Assembly (NCBI GenBank): GCA_026023565.1
Contig: JAPETS010000013.1
Coordinates: 310,001-374,000, forward strand
Direction: 5' to 3'
From: Cirrosporium novae-zelandiae
Taxonomy: Eukaryota
DNA: 64,000 nucleotides
In this document: piece by piece, positions 1 through 13,110 of the stretch
Layout of the letters: each line of letters starts with the position of its first letter
Numbering within the stretch: position 1 is the stretch's first letter
Notes under the pieces: model-generated
Database searches by the model: none
Seen by the model: only the letters and a program-made list of their open reading frames with translations
Told to the model about the DNA's origin: nothing
Program-made: the position numbers and the translations under genes

Positions 1-732
1 TAATTACGACGTTATTTTGTACCAGAGGATTTTGATTTAATCAGGGATTTTATTTTCTTCTGCTGCTCAAAGCGACAGACAAGATAAGAATAATCATAAT
101 AAATGGCAGGGGTTTTGGATCATTGGTAATTGTTAATAAGACAATAATTGTCTCTGATGAAACAAACAGATGGTAAAAAAAAAGGAGCCAGGAGGACTGA
201 CTGAAGAAGCTTCCTCCTCCTAAAAGAACAAACCTCAAAGCTAACAACCAGCAACAAGTAGCTACTGTTCAGTACAATAACATAGCGGCCAAAAAAAACC
301 CTTTCTCTCTCCTTGTTTTCTACCAAAAAAAATAGATTCCCTCCGACACAGTATAAATCAAGTTTAAATGGAGGCTGGTATGCTGTGATAAGTTCACAGA
401 TTCTAACTACTTCCAGTTCATGTTGATTTGCACCAGACCAGTTCTCGCTTGAATGTCTTTTAGATGTTCTCGGTGATATTCTTCTTCCGCGCTCCTACCC
501 AGTACTCACCCGACCTTATTTGGACATCGTATCTACGTTGCTAGAAGAGAATAATCGGCTTCATCAAAACCACAGCTCGAACCAACTCATTCCATCAATT
601 TTTCACGAGACCTTGGCGCGCGATGCTACCATAATTACCTAAGACGAGTTTTGTGGAAAAATCAGAGCCGAAAACACGTCGAGGCTGGTCACCCTAACCC
701 CGTCCTTCCTGGCGGGGGGCCGCCATCATATC

Positions 733-3700
733 ATGAGCCTTGGGCATCAGGCTCACCTAGCAACACCCCCAGACAAACCCATTGATGCTCGTTTAACCAA
801 TGGGAATATCAAGAAACGTCCTCGCTCGAGAACGCCGAACGCGATGGCCGACTCGGGAAATGCGACGAGTTTACTCAATCCCGGCGGGGACGGAGGAGAC
901 GGCGGGTCAGAAGAAGACACCAGAGCTGCCTTGTTCAATAAACTCTTTGCGCAAAGCGAAGGAAAGATTGGCGCATTATTTGGAGGTCTGATGGATGATA
1001 CAACTGGATCGGAGATAGGCAACAATACTCCACCCATTGACCAAATTGTCACAGCACCCGCTGATGATGATGCTCCCCGACCATCCAAGAGACGGAAGAT
1101 TGACGAAGACGACTATGACGACTTTGATGATGATGACGAGGATGCTTCCCCTGCAAATGCTTCTCCACCCAAAACAAAAAGTACAGGTCTTCCTATCATC
1201 AGAACTTCCTCCTCACCCACGAAACAACCTCCGGTCATATCCCGATCTCCTTCCAGCGGAAGAACTCCTTCACAGCAACCACCGGGCAAGAGCCTGGAGG
1301 ATGTCCGCAAGAAGCTGGAGCAAGATAAGAAAGCCACCGAAGAAGCAGCAAGGCGCATGTACAACACAATGTTCTCGACCCTCGAGCATGACTCAGATGC
1401 CATGCTTGAGCAGCGGAAGCTAGACGAATCAGAACGTCAAGTCGAAGCTGAGATGTCTGGTAGCAGTGGAGGTCAAGCAGGCAATGCGCCGGGAAATACT
1501 CAACATGGGACGCTCAGTACCGCAAACCTGGGAGCATCAAGCTTGACCTTGAAACACTTGCTAGCGCGAATAGACGCGAAGAGGGACCAAGTCCATGCAT
1601 CTGATACCGAACTGAGGAACTTGATCAGTGAAGTTCGGAAAAATCGTAGTAAGTGGGCCAACGAAGATAAAATTGGCCAGGAAGAGTTATACGAGGCTGC
1701 GGAAAAGGTGTTGAGCGAACTGAAAGCTATGACGGAACATTCTAGCGCCTTTCTCACAAGGGTGAACAAACGCGAAGCTCCCGATTACTATAATATCATC
1801 AAACAACCCATGGATCTTGGGTCGATGACCAAAAAACTCAAAGCCATCCAATACAAATCCAAGCAAGAATTTGTCAATGATTTAAACTTGATTTGGGACA
1901 ACTGCTTGAAATACAACGCCAACCCGGAACATTTCCTACGCAAACATGCTAGATATATGCAAAAAGAGACTGACAAGCTCATACCACTGATCCCCGACAT
2001 CGTCATCCGAGACCGCGCTGAAGTTGAGGCAGAAGAAAGGAGACTACATGCTGCTGAGGGCGACCTAGAAGGAGCTGAAGAAAGTGACGACGAGCCCATA
2101 ATGTCGTCGCGCGGCAGGCAAGCTCATGGTAAGGGGGCCCACAAAGGTGTCGCATCTTCTCGCAAAGGTCCCACCGTCCAGAAAAATGGATCCGAAGACA
2201 GAGATCAGAAACCTGTGATGCAGCCATTGAATTCTAGCACCTCGGGTCTTCTTACTAAACTTGATTTTTTAAGAGCTGATTCGGAGGCGGATGGAAGCCA
2301 GAACGGTTTCGCTACACCCCCTCCAGGAACCCTAACCCCGTTGAACGGCCTTGGTACAGGAGCAGCTTGCAGTCAGGCAGACATGATAGACATGGATGGC
2401 ATTCAATCTCTGGCTGCACGCAGTGATGATACGGAGACCGACGATCCAATCTTCAAGGTGTGGAAACAAATTACGAAGAAAGATCGAGCCTCCCTTGCTT
2501 CGGAGCGCAATCGTCTCTTCAAAGGCGATAAACTCAACCCAGATGAGCCTGCACTTCTCAGAACTAAGTCTGGCATGAGGCGTTGGATGCGAAAACAGAG
2601 AGAGGTTGCTGGCGAAAGTACTACTGGCACGGCCACGACATCAAATAGCAACGACACAGAGACAGGGGCTACCGGAGAGACGTTAGCAGAAGGAATTGAT
2701 GGTGACGAACGAGATCTACCAGACTATTATGATTGCCTATCTGCAATTCCTGATCTTCCCGAACGCACGCGTTGGATTGAAGATGCGGAGGGCCAAGTCA
2801 TTGACGCATCGGATGAGTTCCTTCGTGTTGTTCCTTCGGGATACTTCACCGCTCCTCAAAGCAAGCTTACGGCGAAGATGGAACAAAACATGCGGCAGAT
2901 GCAAGAAACCAGGAAGCTTTGTACCAAGATTGGAGTTGTAAAGCAGATGCAGCTGCAACAACAGGTGAGGATATCTACTCCAGGCAGCAGTGGCGTTCAG
3001 CTGACTAACGTCAACAGATGTATCAAAACCAGTTCCAAAAGTACGATCCGGAGCCCTTTAAGGAAATGGATATTACTCCTCATGTCGTGACCGAGGAAGG
3101 TGCTGTCATGAGCTCCTTAGTTTGTAAAGCCACTCTCCAGCGTTCTGTTGCTAAAATATTCTATCATGCCGGCTTTGAGGAGTTCCAACCAGCGGCTTTC
3201 GATGCAATTACAGATATCGCTGCAGACTATTTCGCTAATCTTGTGAGGAGCCTCTGCGTGTATCGTGAAGCACCGAAAACAAAAGAAGTTGGTGTCGATG
3301 GAAAGACCGTACATCCTTACACTGCGGAGGAAATGATTCTACATTGTCTCCACGAGAACGGCCAGGATGTCGAGTCTCTCGAAAGCTACGTGAAGGAGGA
3401 CGTTGATAGGCTCGGTCAGAAACTCGGTGTCATGCATGAACGGATGAAATCTCACCTTGCTGAACTTTTACGTCCTGCATTAGCCGATGGTGGCCCCGAC
3501 GGCTCGTACGCCTTTAACGACGGCAGCGACCAATTCAAACAAGGCGACTTTGCAGATGAAATAGATGAAGATTTCTTCGGCTTCAAGGAACTCGGCCTTG
3601 ATAAAGAGCTGGGTCTCGCTTCACTCAGCGTGCCTTTCCATCTCCTACAGAACAGGATGTACACGGCCCATCAGGCACAAAACGCGACGTATGTCCTTCC

Positions 3701-4277
3701 TTTATATTTGTATCTCTCTATCTCTCCATAAACTAACTGTATGCCTAGTACAACATCCGCAATCTCTGCCCTTTTTCCGCCTCCACCTGCTTATCCTCCC
3801 ATCAGCATAGACAACGTGGATAGCCAAATTGGTCTTATGCAAAACTTTTATCGAGAAAAGCTACACAAGAACAATGAAAGGCCACTCATGGAAGAGGATG
3901 ATCTGCCGCAGAAACAACGGCTTCCAAAACCGAGATTGCCGCCTACGGGTAAGATCACCAGTCCAAGAAAGAGGCCTATGAAGAGTGAGGCTGGAGGTGG
4001 GGCGAAGAAGAAACAGAAGACCGGCACGATGAACAAGCCAGATGGTGATGAGGAAAAGAAACCTATCCTCACAAAGCCGGTTGGCAAACTGAAACTTCCT
4101 ATTCCTGGGTCAGTATCTGGACACGGGCCTGGAGAAGGGACAGAAACAGGAGCGGCTCCGATGGAACGACTGGACAGCTCCAATGGTAAAGCTAATGGAA
4201 GTGAGATGGATAAGGAAGACGGGATGGGGATGATGAGTCCAGAGTCACTCCCTATCCAGGATCTCGAGACTCATTGA
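733..4277 (+). CDS. SPT7: SAGA complex subunit Spt7 (bromodomain + histone fold); 3 exons: 733-2964, 3018-3688, 3749-4277 (alternative start ATG at 844)
   Basis: Motif [26 protein letters not shown] precedes a bromodomain ([27 protein letters not shown]...IWDNCLKYN); histone-fold region [18 protein letters not shown]; introns GTGAGG..CTAAC..CAG (2965-3017) and GTATGT..CTAAC..TAG (3689-3748) join the three ORFs in frame. Confidence 0.95.
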
Positions 4278-4879
4278 TGATTAACGTGCTCTTCTTACTC
4301 TTTATCCTAGATAGCCGGAGTTTTGTCCATCAAAGGGCATCTAGAGACATTACTTCTCTCAAGCATTCCCGACTTATTTCAAGGTCTAATATTTCTTAGC
4401 TTCATGATCTCCTCCTCTTCAGGAACGGGGACAAGAAGTGCGAGGGTATTTCTGGCTCCCCAATTCTGTCTTTGGGTGACTACTAAGGTGTCTACCAACT
4501 TGCCAGCCAACCAACCAACGATCCTTCTGCAAGAGACTTGAGGCGTTACAATTCAACCCCCAAGTCCCTCATCTCCTCCAAGCCAGGTCAAGCTAGGCCA
4601 GGTAGAGAAGATGCCTCCATATATATACTACATCACAGGTCTCACCCCTCCCAAACACGAATGGACCTGAGAACAAGTGGATACTGGAAAACAGACAGAC
4701 AAACAAATGGATGGATGAATGGATTGGACAGACAAGGACGAGACAAGATCAAACAGAGTCATATACTCACTCACTCACTTTCTTACTTGCCTTGGTCCAG
4801 CAAGACCCCAGGCGATTTAAGATTCTATGTATTCAAATCAAGCACAGGGAAGGAGGGAAAGGCGGTTGGGCGTCCGGGT

Positions 4880-6860
4880 CGGTCGGTTGGTCGGTCAAAT
4901 AGGTTCTATTAATAAGGTCGGTAAGGACCAGGTTAGGTCAGGTCGGATCAGGGTCAGGGTCGGGTCAAGGTCTGAGTCAGGGACCGGTTTGGTTGATTGA
5001 TATTGGTTGACAATGGGTATATACGATACCTCGGATTCAATTATTTTTTTTATGGAAAGGGAGGGGTGGGATGGAGGGAGAGAAAGTAAGGAAGGGGGGA
5101 GAAGGGAGGGTTGAGGGAAGGGGGTAAGGGATGTGGGTGGCGTTCTTGGTTTTTGGTCTCCTTTTTTTTTGGTTTTCTATTTCTTCTTCTTCTTCTTCTT
5201 CTTCTTCTTCTTCTTGTAAGTAGAAGGAAAGAAGGAAAGGAAAGGAAAGATATAACTTTTTTTATAAAGCGAATGAACAAACAGAAGCAAATAAATAAAT
5301 AAATTTATAAATTAACAAAAAAACTTGGCTGGGCTGGTAGATAAAAACAGGTTTTAGGTATTAGTTAACTACTTATTAGGTATATATTTTATTCTATTCC
5401 ATTCCATTATATTCTATGATATTTTATTTGGTTCATGGTTTTTATTTTGTGTTGTACTGTACAGTACAAGAAGAGAAAATAAAAAATAAAAATAAAAACG
5501 GAGAGAGGATAGGATAGAAGAGGGAAAAAGCGGGGAGAAAAAAAGAAAGAAAGAAAAGAAAAGAAAAGAAAAAATGGATAATTTCCATCATACAAGTATA
5601 GAATAGATACTAATAGATGGATGAATGTATGAATCTCGAAAATATACTACTTCCCTCTTCTCCTTTCTCCCCTGTAATTACTGTACTTTCTACTGCTCCT
5701 CCGATTACTCTCTTCTTATTTTTATTTTTTTCAACCATGGGTATTGAAGGGTGGTGGAGAGTTGCGTGAGAGTAGGAGGGAGTTCGTGGGTGAGTAGGTA
5801 AGTAGAGCAAGACAGACAGATATAGATTAATCAATTCAGCATTCATGAACCCCTAACAAAATAATACATTATAAAAATATATACATGTAGACCATAGTAT
5901 ATGTACTATTTCGTACAACTCCTTTGCTCTTTTTCTCCCCTTCTTTTCTACTCCTCAATATTTCTTATTCTTATTCTTACTCCTTTCTTATTTGTCAAAT
6001 ATGGATATTAGAGAGGGATGGAGGGAAAGGGAAATGATTTTTCCATTGAAAGGTTTGGAAAATTTAGAATATTGGAGCTTTTATTTGGAGGAAGGGGAGG
6101 AAGGAACTGAGGATCGGGGATTGAGGATTCAGTGCTAAGTGTGAGATATGTGATTTGGGGAGGTGAATCTGGAAGGCGAGGGAGTGTGAGAGAGAGTAGA
6201 GAAGAAGAAAAGGAGAAGAGTAGAAGAAATATGGAAGGCAGTGGCTTTTTATCCCATCACCATCACCATTCCATCCCCCATCCCCCACCATATATCTATA
6301 TCATGAGCCAGCTCTCAAGCAAGCAAGGTAAGCAAATATTAGATTCATAAAACAAAAACCTAACGAACAGTATATAACAAACCTCACAAACCCAATAAAC
6401 CTAACAAACAATATATAAGTAAAAATTCGTTCAATTTCATTTCTTTTCTTTTCCCCATCCCTCCAGTTTCCCGCTTCCTTAATTAATAAAAATTAATAAG
6501 AAAATGATATTGCTTTTTCCCTCTCCCTTGATACATTTTGTGCATTTGTTCATATGTCCGTTTGTTCATTTGCCCCAACTGACCCCCAACTATAAATATT
6601 ACTCGTCCCATTCGTTCGTCCATTCATATCAACTTATTGCATCATGATTTTTTTACCTTACCTTACCTTTACTTCCCCCAAAACTTAATCCCCAAGAGAT
6701 TCCGATTTTGTAATGATGGGAGGAGTTTGGATTTCCTGTTTTTTTTAAAGAGAGAGAGAGAGAGAGAGAGTTAGTTGGCTACCTACATGCTAGAAGAGAA
6801 GGAGTGATAATTGTCTAGAAGAGATCTAATTTGAAAAATAAAATAAAAGAAAAAATCAAT
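4880..6860. repeat. Low-complexity / microsatellite-rich intergenic tract: (TTC)n 5181-5215, AAAGA-type runs ~5535-5575, (GA)n 6749-6770, degenerate GGTCA/TCAGGG repeats ~4880-4985
   Basis: Repeats are directly visible; ORFs here are compositionally biased and match nothing I recognise. Confidence 0.9.
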
Positions 6861-6995
6861 GCTTACAGTTCTTTTGTTCTTAGCAAGGCTTGACGTGCAA
6901 AAGCGACCACTGGTTGTTACATCAGAAAGCGTTAGCAAGGGAAATCAAATCAATCACACACCCACACCCCACACACGCTAGTCCACAAGCTGGTA

Positions 6996-8905
6996 CTAAA
7001 GTTCATTCTCCCCATCTGCAGAAAAGAAAGAATGAAAAAATAAAGCCGTGGTTGTCTTTAGAAGAATATACGCACCAAGCAACAAAACCAATGCCCTCCA
7101 AAGTCCCTTTGTAAGTAAATACCATACCAGACTGGATTTGACACGGCCCTCTCGGTCAAAATTAGGCTTCGTGTTTTGCATTCTTGCAAGTTGCTTTAGT
7201 TTCCTAGAGGTGTATGGTGGATAGCGCACCGCGATTAGACTTTCCATCCAGTTTGGTGTGGTGACGACGCTACGGCGATGTGTGAAGGTCTCGAATGACT
7301 CGCGACCGCGGTAGGCGCCTTGGCCGCTGGTACCGACGCCACCGAACCGAAGCGTGGGAATCGAGGCGTGAAACCAGGTGTCATTGATCGTGGCTCCACC
7401 GGAGAGAAATTCGTTTAGGACGCGGGTGGTTTCTGATTTGGTGCCAAAAGGGTAGACGGCAAGGGGGCTGGAGTGGACGGAGTTTGCGACCCGGATGGCT
7501 TCATCGAGATTGGCAACTGGGAGAAGAGGAAGAAATGGGCCGAAAGACTCTTGTGTGATGAGACTATCTTCGGGGGAAGAACACTGAATAACAGTGGGCT
7601 CGATGAAGCGCTCTGGTTCGTTCATGGTTCCTCCTATAAGGATTTTCCCACCAGTGGAGTCTAGCATGGACTTCAAGCGCGTGAATTCACGATCACTGTT
7701 GATACGTCCATAGTCTGGAGAGGCGTATGCACCATCAGGGAAGAATTCAGCAAAGGCAGTCTTGAGTTCCGTCACGAGGGCTGGGAGAATCTCTTTATCG
7801 ACCAAAGTATAGTTCTGAGACACACAGACTTGGCCGGCATTGTGAACTTTTCTATAAGATTTTAATGTTAGTGAAATTGTTTGTGAAATGATCAAGACGA
7901 GGGTATAAACTCCTGAGAGATGGCTAGTAGTCATGCTGTAAACAAAGTGAATATCAAAACCTACCCCCAGAGGAGACGATGAGCAGTAAGTCGGGCATCA
8001 GCATTCTTCGTTACGATTGCAGGGTTCAAGCCACCCAGTTCGAGCGTAACCGGCGTTAGAGTCGAAGCAGCAGTTTGAGAAATTATTACGCCAGTTTTGG
8101 GGTTTCCCGTGAAGAATATCTTATCCCATTTTTCCTTTAACAAAGCCTGGGATTCTGGAATAGCTCCTTGTACGATCGTGTAGCAAGAATTGTCTAGCGA
8201 TTCTCGGACAACTTTTTCCATGACAGCAGCGGCATTTGGGGCATGCTCGCTGGGCTTGAGAACTACTGTACAACCAGCAGCAATGGCACCTAAACAGACA
8301 AGTAAAAAATATAAACAGCAATCTTAGAACCACAGAGGTATACAACGTACCAATCATTGGCCCCAGAGAAAGTTGGCATGGAAAGTTGTAGGCCCTTGGG
8401 AGCTATGTTAGCACTTGATCTGCAGTTGTATCATCTCTCTTGTTATGTTATCCTTACCCAATAACCAGCACGCAGCCTAGAGGGTCTTTTCTAATCGTGG
8501 GGCGTAGCAACGCATTGGTTAAAGGAATATCTGGCGCCTTCTCCTCTCGAACCCACTTTTCCAAATTATCACACATAAAGAGGATATCATTTTGGCACCA
8601 GAATATCTCGCTCAGATAAGTTTCAAAAGAGGATTTCCCCAAGTCTCGTTTGCAGGCTTCGATGAATTCGTCTTCATGGTCCTTAAGTCTGGAGCGAGTA
8701 TCGATTAGCAAGGCCAAAGTTTCATGAAAGATGGCGGAAGGATAATTATTTAAACCAACCCCCAGTAAAGCTTTCGTAGTTGGATCAATCGAAACTGAAC
8801 TGGCTTTGTTTTTTGAGAGTTGAAGCTGTCTCGAAGCTTCGAGACAGTATCTGGGATGGACTCTACCGGAGTAGGTCGGAACTTTGGAAGCTTAACGGTA
8901 GTCAT
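6996..8905 (-). CDS. Aldehyde dehydrogenase, ALDH3 / fatty aldehyde dehydrogenase (HFD1/CarD-like), 5 exons, C-terminal membrane anchor
   Basis: Motifs KDPLGCVLVIGAYNFP, KPSE, IFFTG, TPVTLELGG, catalytic NAGQVC, ESFGP, FGGVGTSGQGAYRG, RYPPYT; hydrophobic C-terminus; ATG at 8905 (MTTVKLPKF...). Confidence 0.92.
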
Positions 8906-9542
8906 GGAGCTGGAACGGTTAGATAAAATACAAACAAGACGTTCTAAATTAGAATAGAAAGGTGAGTGGAGATGTATGTAATGAGTTGAGTGGAATGAAG
9001 CTTGATGTCTTGATGTCTTGAGTGTCTCGATGTTTTAAATTGGTTGGAAGGGTGCATCAAATCAATCAGCAACCACCTATACAACAATCGCCTTGCCCCT
9101 CTCGTTCAAGGATTGTTTAATACTTAATTCCCTGTTTTCTCATGTACAGCAGGAAGCTCAGCTAGCCAAGATGGAGACTATGATGATCTGAGCTGTCTGC
9201 TCCTTCTCCGCACTGTCGTACATGACATTTCCCTCGGTTGGGCTGCAGCGACCTAGTACAGCTCAGGCTAAACTAAAGCTTGTGATGGAACTTTACAACA
9301 TGCATTGCATACACCTAACTGCTGCAATGGAGTACTTGTAGGGCTTTTTTAAAACCTAACATACTAACATACCAGTATTCTTTATCTCGTAAACTACATC
9401 ACATATAATCACATCAACGAACATATATACCTAACCTTGATCTCAGGAGAGCCATGCCATCAACCGTCCTTTTAAACGCCATTTTTGCCTCGGGGCATTC
9501 AGCAACTTTCTCCCTCGTTACCTCTTTGATTGTCTCTTTCAA

Positions 9543-11150
9543 TCAAACATCAAGCATACTCCTTACCACCTGTGGCTTCGCATCTACCAATGTGCTAGCA
9601 GTGGTAGCCTGGCTCAAACCACGGCTAATGCTATTGTTATTCGTTCCCTCCGTACGAGTATCTGATCGTCCTCGGCTCTCATCAGAGTAGCTGGCATGAT
9701 CTCTGAATGGATCTTGATTTGACTGGGCTTCGTCAAGCTCTTTCTGCATTCGATTCAGCTCTAGCGTCCTCTCAATATTGCCACCCGTTGCTGGGCCACC
9801 TCCAACTTCCATTGTGAGATTTCTGAGCCGCTGCTCGGGGCTCAAGTGTGCATCACCATGAAGTTTGCTCCACCAACTCGGCTTCTTAGTAATCCCTAGT
9901 TCGGTATCAGCCACCCGTCCGCGTTCGATACGGTCAGCAATTAGAGCACGATCCTCATTTGGGTCATCATATCCAGCAACAATGAAGACAATTAGGATAG
10001 CCGCTATCGGGGCATATCCGAAACCATACATATAAGCAGGGTCAACGTTATATCTCATCGGTGAAATCGTCCAGTCAAACGATGACGCAACCGCGTAACC
10101 AATCGGAATCAGGACGATTGGAATAACGAGGAGAAACTTGAACGGTGTGTAGAGAAAGAATCGAGCGATCGGTGCATGTGTATACTTTGGTGGGGAATAG
10201 TAGTGAAGGTTTTTCAGAAGGCAGCATATGATGACGATATATGCACATATAGATAGAAATGCGCCTGCTTTGAAACGTGCGTCTGTTGCTGTTGGTTTGG
10301 CAACAGTCAAGGCCTGGTTGGAAGAGTTTTGCTTTTCGATTTGGCCCCAAGCACGTGGGATGGTCATGAAGAAATCCTGGACAGCGTTAGACTATTCCCA
10401 ATTCTTGAAGTAATAGGGTCGTACCAGGAAATTGAAAAGGTAGAAGATCAAAGGCATGTGAAATTCGATCCTGGCGCGTTTGTCATTCTGCTTAAGAAGA
10501 AAAGGATCGCGATCACATATTTGTCGTTCCCGCCACGAGCCCCTATACAAGTCAGTATGTTATTTATATAACTAGGGAACAAAGGAGAATCACCAATGCC
10601 TCACGCCTTCCCAGACAGCTGCAAGGATTGCTGGCAACATCAAATAGTAAAAGAAGCTCTGTAGGACCAGTGGAAGACTTTGGAGATAATCTCGGTCAAC
10701 GTCAACGGCTGTAATTCCGCTAATAATACCGCACGCTGCTGTGAATAACATCCAATACCATTGCCATCGTCGCCCAACCGGCCGAAACCTTTTCTGGTCT
10801 GGTAGAAACTTCCTCCCATGTTTGCGCAGATGTATCATTGTGAACATAATGCTTGCTGCGAAAAGGCAGGCAAAAGCAATCCCAAGACCCCCACGTTTTT
10901 CGATTCCATAATAGGGGGAATAACAGGATGTAGCGTTGATAAAGCTACCATTTGAGAACATGTGGGGGTGGTATGCGCCAAAGGTCAGGTAGCAGTGTGA
11001 TCGGTTGGACAGCGTTCCATTATCATAAAGCGTATAATTATAATAGTTTAAGGCGGTTCGGTTGAAATGGACGCCATTGATGAGGACATCAGTGGAGTTG
11101 TCGCCCGAAGGGAACTGGACGAGTTCCCGAATACTGAAGATATGCGGCAT
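9543..11150 (-). CDS. Conserved fungal multi-pass membrane protein (DUF2434-like), 3 exons
   Basis: N-glycosylation-rich N-terminus (INGVHFNRTALNYYNYTLYDNGTLSN), GRRWQWYWM and DVDRDYLQ motifs, several TM helices; two canonical introns link the ORFs. The family label is from memory. Confidence 0.75.
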
Positions 11151-11930
11151 GTTGTAAAGCCTTTTCTGGTGTGATGTTTGGTTTCAGCGGGAGAGCTCGA
11201 ACAACAACGGTATAAATGGTACCGAAGAAACGGTTTCGTTTGTCACGTCATATAATGGTTTCGTTTAGAGCCTCATTGTATATTTACAAATGTCCTCTGG
11301 ATGCACTGCTGCAGCAGGATGGACAAATGAAGAGAGGGTGGAAAGTATTAGATGGATATGAAAGATGAGGATGAAAACACTGGGCGGGATTGAAGGCTAT
11401 CTCTTATGGATGTTTGAGTTGCTTGCGGTATTTTCGGTATGTCCGGCATGGATTTAACATCCGCTTACCAGCAATTAGCTGACTTTCTAGACGTCATTCG
11501 AGTGGATTGAATCACTCCATCAAAGGCCGAACTCCGGGGATGAAACGGATCTTTCAATTCCCGGCGACAATCATCAATACCTGATATATTAGGCATCAAT
11601 GCACTTGTCTCTTAAAGAAGTAATACCTCACTATACCCTAACCCTAACTATACTCCTTACCCATCTGCTGTCTATATACAGTCAAGCCAATCCTCAAATC
11701 ATCCGACCAGAAATCTAGGATTCCGCAAACAATTCGTAACAGGATTGGATTCCCTGTTCACATCCGTGATAACCCCATAGGTTCGACCTTCAAGCTTGGA
11801 CAGTACATAATGTATATATCTTGTTCTTTTAGCACAACATACTCTCCATGACTGATCACTCTTCTCAAGACCTTGGTTATTCAATTGAACAAAATCAACT
11901 CTTCTCTTTATCCGGTGTTAATATTCCAAC

Positions 11931-12781
11931 ATGGCCTCCCTATCCCGTTCTTCCGTAACTAATTACGTTAATAAACTCAACCTCTCTCCAAAAGTTCTCT
12001 TTTACTCCGCTCTCGCTGTAATTCCTATCGCACTGTTCCCCTCCGCTTACCGATCTTATAAAGAATACATGTCACTCGGCCCGAGTGGCCCCCCATACAA
12101 TGTCATCGGTTGGTTTTTCATGACTATAGCAAAACCCCTTGCCAAAGACTCTCGTACCATTTCTGTCTATAGCCGTCCAGATGCGCTGGCTGAGGGAGGG
12201 GAATTTGCTTCTACCAGCTTCATCAAGGGTGAACTCCCTCAGCGCAAGGGGGAAAGACCAACAATGAACAGAGCACTAGCCCCGCAACGACAGCTGAGTG
12301 ACTGGGCAGATGAAGAATTGAAGAAGGTAACTATCTATCATGCATATATACTCGATAGGCTTTCCCGAAAGCTTTCAAAACATTCTGATATTCCCAGTCC
12401 ATTGGCAACCACCTCAGCGACTTGGCTACTCAATATCCCAAGTCCATTATTTTGAAACTGTCCAAACTCGAAGGCGGTCATTTCCCCGCTCTCTATCTTT
12501 CTTCAGATATTTCCCCCCCACATAACGCTATCCGCAAAACCAAAGGCGAGTTCGTTCATATACACCAAAACCATGATGGTACTTCCCACGTGTTGCTCTC
12601 TGCCACAGACGCAACAAAAGTGCTTGAAAATAAATTGGGAGAAAGACATGGACTGTCTGGGGTATATCTGCCCTGGGGATATACGCTACTATATGCACCA
12701 AGAAACAAAGAGGAGGCTGAAGTGGTCATGAGGATTATGGATGCTAGTCTGGCTTTCGTAACTGGGGGGAACCCCCAATGA
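11931..12781 (+). CDS. Fungal luciferase (Luz)-like protein, DUF5519 family; exons 11931-12326 and 12398-12781
   Basis: N-terminal hydrophobic anchor, YKEYMSLGPS, LPQRKGERP, PQRQ, RKTKGEFVHIHQNHDGTSHV, GERHGLSG and YTLLYAPRNKEEAEVV..IMDASLAFVTG. These parallel the Neonothopanus Luz motifs as I recall them (RRTKREIAHMHDYHDCTLH, GQRHPLAG, FLYAPRNEEEARVV). The 71-nt GT-AG intron restores the frame. Confidence 0.85.
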
Positions 12782-13110
12782 TTGACGAAATACTGCCGGT
12801 AGTGAAGCGATGATGGTTGGAGTAGAAAGGGGTATTTTAATGGCAATGTGTATTGCTGTAGCTATTCCCACCGCATCCCCTAGTCTTGATAAACCCCATT
12901 CTTCGATAATCAAGGAAAGGGAAAAGACATTGTATGCTAGTTTAGTGCATATCATATCGCTTTAACGCAACAGCTCTCCACTCATCAAATCAAGCATTCA
13001 CACTATGAAACATCCCAGTGTATAATTGGCCTTAAGCACGAATGATATGAGTTAAATATCTTATCAGGCCTTGCATCTTGTTCTCCCCTTAAATTACAGG
13101 TCTCATATTT

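Noticed and set aside
5050..5302. Poly-Arg / poly-Leu ORFs
   Set aside because: They are translations of the (TTC)n microsatellite.
11630..11655. CCCTAACCCTAAC as a telomerase RNA template or telomere (also ACCCTAACCC at 691-700 and AAACCCTAACC at ~35902)
   Set aside because: Only 1.5-2 repeats, in short intergenic or promoter regions with little room for a long fungal telomerase RNA; no supporting structure seen.
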